Origin: Chloroflexia bacterium
Lineage (GTDB): Bacteria > Chloroflexota > Chloroflexia > DTKN01
Length of the DNA: 64,000 nucleotides
Reading direction: 5' to 3'
Assembly: GCA_034436115.1 (NCBI GenBank)
Contig: DAOTVY010000064.1
Coordinates: 21,235-85,234, forward strand
Shown here one piece after another: positions 58,755-64,000 of the stretch (its first letter is position 1; every line of letters starts with the position of its first letter). The notes under the pieces were generated by a model. That model ran no database searches, was not told the DNA's origin, and was given only the letters and a program-made list of their open reading frames with translations. A program made the translations under genes and the position numbers.

Positions 58755-58770
58755 CGGAATCCGTCTTTTT
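58752..58770 (+). terminator. TGACGGAATCCGTC palindrome (copy 2 of 3) followed by TTTTT; a weak intrinsic terminator or operator
   Basis: Begins with the kinase stop codon. A 5-6-bp stem (GACGG/CCGTC) plus a T5 run. Confidence 0.45.
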
Positions 58771-58791
58771 CGGGCATTTGTCCCAGGATTT

Positions 58792-58820
58792 TTGACAAAT
58801 GTCCCGGATTGTGCTATGAT
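58792..58820 (+). promoter_or_regulatory. Promoter TTGACA-17-TATGAT for the HdrD-like operon
   Basis: Consensus hexamers. Flanked and overlapped by direct repeats TTGTCCCAGGATT / ATGTCCCGGATT. Confidence 0.55.
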
Positions 58821-58856
58821 TCTCGATGTGGCCACGGAGCTGGCGAGGCGGGGGGC

Positions 58857-60209
58857 ATGGCGCTAAAGACGTTCGACCTCACCCGCGAGATGTTGGACCA
58901 TGCCTTCCCGGATGTTGTTGCTCCGGATAAGGAAAGGCTGCTGACTTGCATCCAATGTGGCACCTGTACGGCTTCCTGTCCAACCGCCTATGCGATGGAT
59001 TACACGCCTCGCCAGCTGTGGCGCCTGATTCAGGTCGGTCTGCGCGAGGAAGTCCTTCTGAGCAATTCGTTTTGGCTTTGTGCGGCCTGTTATGCGTGCA
59101 ACACGCGTTGCCCTCGCGGCATCCCCACCATGGAGACGATGCTAGAGCTGAAGGTGCTGGCATCGCGCGAACGGGGCGTGATGCCGCTTCCGCTGCGAGA
59201 GCGCTGCCAGCTGGTGGCGGGCACGCACAACGTAGCCGGAGAAGACAACGCCCTCCGGCTCTCCTGGGCGCTCAACCTGCCGGGGGGAAGTGGACGGTAT
59301 ACCGGGCCGCGCCGGGCAGAACTTGCCTACTTTGTTGGGTGCTATGCGGCCTTTTTCCCGCTGGCTTTCGGTGTGCCCCAGGCGATGGTGCACTTGCTCG
59401 AGCATCTGGGGCTTTCGTTCACCACGCTGGGCACGGAAGAGTGGTGCTGTGGCTACCCTTTGCTCGTCGCCGGCCGGCGCGAGGAGGCGGCAGCGCTGGC
59501 GCGTCACAATCTGGAGGTAGTGGAGCAAACGGGCGCCTCACGTCTGGTTACGGCCTGTGCGCATTGTTACCGTGTCTGGCGGGAAATCTACCCCCAGCTC
59601 CTGCCCGGCCGGAGCATTCCTCCGGTGGAGCACTCGAGCACCCTGCTCCTGGAGGAGTTCACTCGCCAGGGGATTGCTCCTTTCCCCGTGGAGGCCGTCG
59701 TCACCTTCCACGACCCCTGCGATCTAGGCCGGCAGGCAGGGCTGTACGAGCCGCCGCGGAGGCTTTTGGAAATGATCCCGGACCTGAAGCGGATCGAGAT
59801 GGCCAACTCGGGCGAGGGGGCCATCTGCTGTGGCGGGGGAGGGAACCTGCCCTGGTTGCGGGACGATGTGGTCATGGAACTGGGCCGTCGGCGGCTTGGA
59901 CAGGCGCTCGATGTACGCGTGAGCGCCTTGATCACCGCTTGCCAGCTATGCCGTCATACCTTAAGTCGGACGGCTTACCGCTGGGGGGCGCGTTTGCGGG
60001 TTTACGATCTGGTCGAGCTGGTTTGGAGCGCTCTCTCGGCACAGCCGCTCGACATTCCTGGAGCGAGGTGGCCCACTGTGCGCCATCCGGGCGCCTCGTC
60101 CCTTGGCGCCTGTTCCGAGCCGCCTTCTGGGTTCACCGGAGGGCCGCGCCCTCCGGAGGGTGGGGAACAGACCGCGCAGGCGGGCGATGATCGGGGGCCG
60201 GCCATCTAG
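58857..60209 (+). CDS. HdrD-like fused Fe-S oxidoreductase (N-terminal HdrC-like 2x[4Fe-4S] + two CCG domains; GlpC/LutA/DsrK-type)
   Basis: CIQCGTCTASCP and CAACYACNTRCP, then CCGYP...CAHC and ICCGGGGN...CQLC. Confidence 0.75.
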   Translation: MALKTFDLTREMLDHAFPDVVAPDKERLLTCIQCGTCTASCPTAYAMDYTPRQLWRLIQVGLREEVLLSNSFWLCAACYACNTRCPRGIPTMETMLELKVLASRERGVMPLPLRERCQLVAGTHNVAGEDNALRLSWALNLPGGSGRYTGPRRAELAYFVGCYAAFFPLAFGVPQAMVHLLEHLGLSFTTLGTEEWCCGYPLLVAGRREEAAALARHNLEVVEQTGASRLVTACAHCYRVWREIYPQLLPGRSIPPVEHSSTLLLEEFTRQGIAPFPVEAVVTFHDPCDLGRQAGLYEPPRRLLEMIPDLKRIEMANSGEGAICCGGGGNLPWLRDDVVMELGRRRLGQALDVRVSALITACQLCRHTLSRTAYRWGARLRVYDLVELVWSALSAQPLDIPGARWPTVRHPGASSLGACSEPPSGFTGGPRPPEGGEQTAQAGDDRGPAI

Positions 60210-60291
60210 TGCGGGTCGAGCCACCGATGGTTTGGAGTCGTGGAGGATACAGGGCTCTTTCCGCAAGAAGTTCTGGAGGAGGTAAGCTACC

Positions 60292-60879
60292 ATGGCCCTT
60301 CAGTCGTTCAACCTGACCCGGGAGATGCTTGACCACTCCTTCGCCGAAACGGTAGCCCCGGACCGGGAGAAGCTGCTCACCTGCATCCAGTGCGGCACTT
60401 GCACCGCTTCCTGTCCTACCGCTTACGCGATGGAGTACACGCCGCGGCAGCTCTGGCGGCTGATCCAGGTGGGGCTACGCGACGAGGTGCTGCAGAGCGA
60501 TACCTTCTGGCTCTGCACGACTTGCTACTCGTGCACCATCCGCTGCCCGCGCGGCATCGCGGTCACCGAAACCATGGCCACGTTGAAGCGGCTCTCGGTT
60601 GCCGAGGGCGTGGAGAAGAAGGACCGTAGCGCGCGCTTCTACGAAAGTTTCATGGAAGTGGTCCACGATACCGGGCGTATGCACGAGACGCTCTTGATGT
60701 TGCGCTGGCTGCTGAAGACGAATCCGCTGCAGGCCTTTTCCTTCGCCCGGCTAGGCCTGGCGCTCCTGCGCAGGGGGAAGATGCCGCTGCGGCCCACGCG
60801 CATCCGAGGGCTGGACCAGATCTGGGCGATGTACGACAAGGTGCGCGAGATGGAGCAGAAGGAGGAGATCCTGCGATGA
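60292..60879 (+). CDS. HdrC-like 4Fe-4S protein (copy 2)
   Basis: The first ~85 aa are about 85% identical to the N-terminus of the upstream HdrD-like protein. CIQCGTCTASCP and CTTCYSCTIRCP. Confidence 0.8.
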   Translation: MALQSFNLTREMLDHSFAETVAPDREKLLTCIQCGTCTASCPTAYAMEYTPRQLWRLIQVGLRDEVLQSDTFWLCTTCYSCTIRCPRGIAVTETMATLKRLSVAEGVEKKDRSARFYESFMEVVHDTGRMHETLLMLRWLLKTNPLQAFSFARLGLALLRRGKMPLRPTRIRGLDQIWAMYDKVREMEQKEEILR

Positions 60880-61754
60880 AGTACGCTTACTATCCCGGCT
60901 GCACGTTGGAAACGGCTGCGCGCGAGTACGATGTCTCAGCCCGCGCGGTCTTTCGGGAATTGGGAGCGGAACTCGCTCCGATCCCCGACTGGAGCTGCTG
61001 CGGTTCGTCTCCAGCCGAATCGGTGGATTACCTGCTTTCCATCGCCCTGCCTGCCCGGAACCTGGCCCTGGCCGAGCAGATGGGCCTCGACATCATCGCG
61101 ACCTGTAGCTCCTGTTACCTGAGCCTCTTCAAAGTGGAGAAACATTGTCAGCGGGATCCTTCCTTGAGGGCTCGTTTGAGCGAGATCCTGGGCGCAGCCG
61201 GCCTGACCTACCAGGGCAAGGTACGGGTTCGCCACATGCTCGACGTCATCGCCAACGATATCGGTCCGGAAAAGATCCAGGCCCGGATGCGGCGCAGCCT
61301 AAGAGGACTCCGCGTGGTGCCCTACTACGGTTGCCAGACGGTGCGCCCGTTCATGGAGTACGATGGTCCCGATCTTCCCGAGTCGATGGACCGGCTTCTG
61401 GCGGCGATGGAAGCTGACGTCGTGCCCTATCTCTATAAGACGCGCTGCTGCGGTGGCATTCTGATCACTTCGACCAGAGACGTGGGCATTAAGCTGGTGT
61501 CCGACCTCCTGGCCGAGACCGATGGGGCCGACTGCGTCGTGACCGTTTGCCCTCTATGCCAGATGAACCTGGATGCCTACCAGGCAGAAGTCTCCCGGAA
61601 ACTCGGGCGCCGGGTGAACATTCCCGTGCTCTACCTGACGCAGCTGATGGCTCTGGCTTTCGACCTTCCGGATAGCGAGATCCTGCTTCAGAGGAACATT
61701 GTCTCGCCCAAGCCGGTGCTGGAAAAGCTGGGCATGCTCGGAGGGGGACGGTAG
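60876..61754 (+). CDS. HdrB-like CCG-domain protein (copy 2)
   Basis: YYPGCTL...CCGSS...CSSC and YYGCQTVRP...CCGG...CPLC. ATGA overlap with hdrC2. Confidence 0.85.
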   Translation: MKYAYYPGCTLETAAREYDVSARAVFRELGAELAPIPDWSCCGSSPAESVDYLLSIALPARNLALAEQMGLDIIATCSSCYLSLFKVEKHCQRDPSLRARLSEILGAAGLTYQGKVRVRHMLDVIANDIGPEKIQARMRRSLRGLRVVPYYGCQTVRPFMEYDGPDLPESMDRLLAAMEADVVPYLYKTRCCGGILITSTRDVGIKLVSDLLAETDGADCVVTVCPLCQMNLDAYQAEVSRKLGRRVNIPVLYLTQLMALAFDLPDSEILLQRNIVSPKPVLEKLGMLGGGR

Positions 61755-61800
61755 AGCTCCGGGTAGGCACGCGGAGGAGCCTGTTCCTCCGGCGGTCGGG

Positions 61801-62205
61801 ATGAATCGGATGAAACTGCGGGAGATTGTCGAGATCGTCGAGGGCACGCCGGTGTTTGAAACCGACCTGGATCTCGAGATCGGTTGCGGTGCTGCAGCGG
61901 ATCTGATGAGCGATGTGCTGGCGCTGGTGGAGCCGGGTGCCGTGTTGCTGACAGGGCTGTGTAATCCGCAGGTGGTGCGTACGGCGGAAATGGCCGACAT
62001 CACGGCCATCGTCTTTGTCCGCGGCAAGCAGCCGATGCCGGAGACCATCGCCCTGGCCAAGGAGAAGGGCATTCCGCTGGTGACCACCGCGCTTCCGATG
62101 TTCGAAGCCTGCGGACGGCTTCATCAGGCCGGCCTGCGGAGCTGCGATATCTCCTGTCGCATTCCCTGGCGGACCCCGGATGGCCCGGACGAGCTATCCC
62201 AGTAG
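61801..62205 (+). CDS. DRTGG-domain protein
   Basis: IGCGAAADLMSDVLA...VLLTGLCNPQVVRTAEMADITAIVFVRG...PLVTT matches the DRTGG fold seen on phosphotransacetylase N-termini. Confidence 0.6.
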   Translation: MNRMKLREIVEIVEGTPVFETDLDLEIGCGAAADLMSDVLALVEPGAVLLTGLCNPQVVRTAEMADITAIVFVRGKQPMPETIALAKEKGIPLVTTALPMFEACGRLHQAGLRSCDISCRIPWRTPDGPDELSQ

Positions 62206-62211
62206 GTTGCG

Positions 62212-63150
62212 ATGGCCGAGATCACCCGTCTTCAGGAACTTGCCTACGAGGTCAAGATCGGAGAGGTGATGACGAAGGACGTAGTCACGGTAACGCCTCA
62301 GAATACCATGGCCGAGCTCCGGGTGATCCTGCGCGACCACCGCATTTCCGGTGCACCTGTCGTGGAAGGCGGGGAACTGGTGGGGATCATCAGCGTCGAG
62401 GACCTCATCAAGGCACTGGCGGCCGGCGAGATGGATGCCCAGGTGGGGACGAAGATGACTCCTCGCCCGGTGACGGTTCGGGCCGACGAATCGGTCGTGA
62501 TGGCGATCCGCTACTTCAACCGACATGGGTACGGCCGTTTCCCTGTGGTGGATCGCGCAGGGAAACTGGTCGGCATCCTCACCCGGGGGGATATCATCCG
62601 CGGGCTGCTCAAGCAACTGGAGATGGAATACCATCGCGAGGAGGAGCTGCGCTATCGGTTCAGCCACATCTTCGAAGAACTGATTTCCGATCTCACCAGC
62701 ATTACCTTGCGTTGCCGGGTGGAGGCTCAGGACTTTGACCGTGCCGGTGAGGCCTCCAGCAAGATCAAGCGGGCGCTCACCCGCCTGGCGGTTGCCCCGC
62801 AGCTCGTCCGGCGGGCGGCGATCGTTACCTACGAACTGGAGATGAACATCATCATCCACACCACGGCAGGCGGCGAGATCCTGGCCGAAATCCAGCGCGA
62901 CCGGATCATTATCCGGGCGATCGACAGCGGTCCGGGCATTCCGGATATCGAGCAGGCGCTGCAGCCGGGCTTCTCCACCGCTCCGGACTGGGTGCGAGAG
63001 ATGGGGTTTGGGGCCGGCGTGGGGCTGAACAACGTGCAGCGTTGTGCGGACGAGATGTTGATCGAGTCGCCGGGTGCCCAGTGGACCTCTGTGAAGGTGG
63101 CGATCTACCTGAATCGGGAGTGCCTGGAGGCCGGGAAAGCGGCGGCCTGA
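62212..63150 (+). CDS. CBS-pair + GHKL (anti-sigma-factor/RsbW-like HATPase) protein
   Basis: Two CBS motifs (VMTKDVVTV..., ISGAPVV...LVGIIS; MTPRPVTV...GKLVGILTRGDII). The C-terminus AIVTYELEMNIIIHT...IRAIDSGPGIP...GFGAGVGL is HATPase_c_2-like. Confidence 0.7.
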   Translation: MAEITRLQELAYEVKIGEVMTKDVVTVTPQNTMAELRVILRDHRISGAPVVEGGELVGIISVEDLIKALAAGEMDAQVGTKMTPRPVTVRADESVVMAIRYFNRHGYGRFPVVDRAGKLVGILTRGDIIRGLLKQLEMEYHREEELRYRFSHIFEELISDLTSITLRCRVEAQDFDRAGEASSKIKRALTRLAVAPQLVRRAAIVTYELEMNIIIHTTAGGEILAEIQRDRIIIRAIDSGPGIPDIEQALQPGFSTAPDWVREMGFGAGVGLNNVQRCADEMLIESPGAQWTSVKVAIYLNRECLEAGKAAA

Positions 63151-63167
63151 TGCAGGGAGGCCGGGCG

Positions 63168-63515
63168 ATGAAGCTGGAAACGGTGGTTCGGGAACTTGCC
63201 CTGGAGGTCCGCAGCGCCGCAGGGAATCTGGGGCGCGAGGTCACCGGCGGTTACGCCGCGGACCTGTTGAGTTGCGTCATGGCTCGGGCTCAGCCCGGGA
63301 ATATCTGGGTTACGCTCCAGGGCCATCCGAACATCGTTGCCGTGGCCAGCCTCCTGAACCTGGCGGCCATTGTGGTGACCGAGGGCGTTGCACCTGACCC
63401 GGCGACCCTTTCCAAGGCCGAGGAGGAAGGCATCCCGATCCTGACCACACCGCTCACCACGTATACCGTGGTGGGAAGGCTCTTTGGATTGGGCATCCGG
63501 GGGCCGGAACGGTGA
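63168..63515 (+). CDS. DRTGG-domain protein (paralog 2)
   Basis: ATG after AGGGAGG. TGGYAADLLSCVMARAQPGNIWVTLQGHPNIVAVASLL...ILTT. Confidence 0.65.
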   Translation: MKLETVVRELALEVRSAAGNLGREVTGGYAADLLSCVMARAQPGNIWVTLQGHPNIVAVASLLNLAAIVVTEGVAPDPATLSKAEEEGIPILTTPLTTYTVVGRLFGLGIRGPER

Positions 63516-63550
63516 AGGCGATGTCTTTTTGGGAGCGGCAGCGGTAGGGC

Positions 63551-64000
63551 ATGCGCGAATTGAGCCTCCATATCCTAGACGCCCTGCAGAATGCGCTGGA
63601 GGCGGGTGCCAGCCGGGTTGAACTGGTGATCGAAGAGGATCCGAAAGCGGATCGATTGCACATTACCATCCGAGACAACGGTCGCGGGATGAGCGCAGAG
63701 CAGCTTGCTCGGGCTTTCGACCCCTTCTATACCACCCGCAAGACGCGCCACGTCGGATTGGGCCTCCCGCTCTTCAAGGCGGCGGCGCAACGTTGCAATG
63801 GCGATGTCACCCTCATCTCCGAGGAAGGCAAGGGGACAACGCTGCAGGCGACGTTTCGGTACAGCCACATCGACCGTGCCCCGATGGGCGATCTGCCGGG
63901 CACGTTGTTGGCCTTCCTCTTGAGCGGGGGATGCGACCTGGCTTACCGCCACCGGGTGGGCGACCGGGAGTTTGCCTTCGATACCGCGGAGATCCGTGCC
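63551..64000 (+). CDS. GHKL-type ATP-binding protein (HATPase-like; 3'-truncated by the window end)
   Basis: N-box LHILDALQNALEAGAS, G1 RDNGRGM and G2 GLGLPL. Open to the window end. Confidence 0.5.
   Translation, partial: MRELSLHILDALQNALEAGASRVELVIEEDPKADRLHITIRDNGRGMSAEQLARAFDPFYTTRKTRHVGLGLPLFKAAAQRCNGDVTLISEEGKGTTLQATFRYSHIDRAPMGDLPGTLLAFLLSGGCDLAYRHRVGDREFAFDTAEIRA

Noticed and set aside
60292-60550. Possible recent DNA duplication or assembly artefact of the hdrD-like 5' region
   Set aside because: Protein identity is ~85%, but the nucleotide sequences differ at many synonymous positions, so this is old conserved paralogy rather than an assembly duplication.

Overview
High-GC bacterial chromosome segment. 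Sigma-70-type promoters (TTGACN-17-TANNNT, several with an extended TGn -10), a CIRCE/HrcA operator and abundant Fe-S/hydrogenase/Hdr genes point to an anaerobic or facultative thermophile-like organism, possibly Chloroflexota-like. I could not run searches, so every call rests on motifs read in the supplied translations. Coordinates of non-ORF features are hand-read and may be off by 1-2 nt.

Bases 1-38,150 are mostly housekeeping or mixed function. They hold two tandem GT39/TIGR03663-like membrane glycosyltransferases (the second fused to NHL repeats), folP with an N-terminal extension, der, a spermidine-synthase-like membrane fusion, an AEC transporter, a NarL-type two-component pair, an orphan MtrH/AcsE-like pterin methyltransferase, ispB-like polyprenyl synthase, rsfS, a TlpA redoxin, a translationally coupled rex-M23 peptidase pair, a large PGRP-amidase/FN3/CARDB surface protein, rpoD, CIRCE-controlled groES-groEL, two adjacent fold-type-II PLP enzymes, CinA-C, an M16 peptidase, a RACo-like corrinoid activase, uvrC, a GAF histidine kinase and a DUF92 protein.

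Bases 38,150-64,000 are a dense redox/energy island. It starts with a group-3b-like cytoplasmic [NiFe]-hydrogenase operon (beta-gamma-delta-alpha plus maturation protease, then REC-only and ACT proteins). Next comes an hdrCBA-mvhD-flx-like putative electron-bifurcating cluster interrupted by a YccF membrane gene and a HEPN/MNT toxin-antitoxin pair. After that there is a PAS/GAF kinase with two response regulators (one REC-PAS-HD-GYP), an AsnC-REC fusion regulator, and a GcvH-like-domain::GAF histidine kinase. The island ends with a second Hdr-like set (fused HdrD-like plus hdrC2-hdrB2) followed by a DRTGG / CBS-GHKL / DRTGG / GHKL regulatory module.

A perfect 15-bp palindrome, TGACGRA-A-TYCGTCA, occurs three times, each directly after a stop codon and upstream of one of the island's operons. 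This is a candidate shared operator (or short terminator hairpin) for a redox regulon. No rRNA, tRNA, CRISPR array or obvious transposase was seen.
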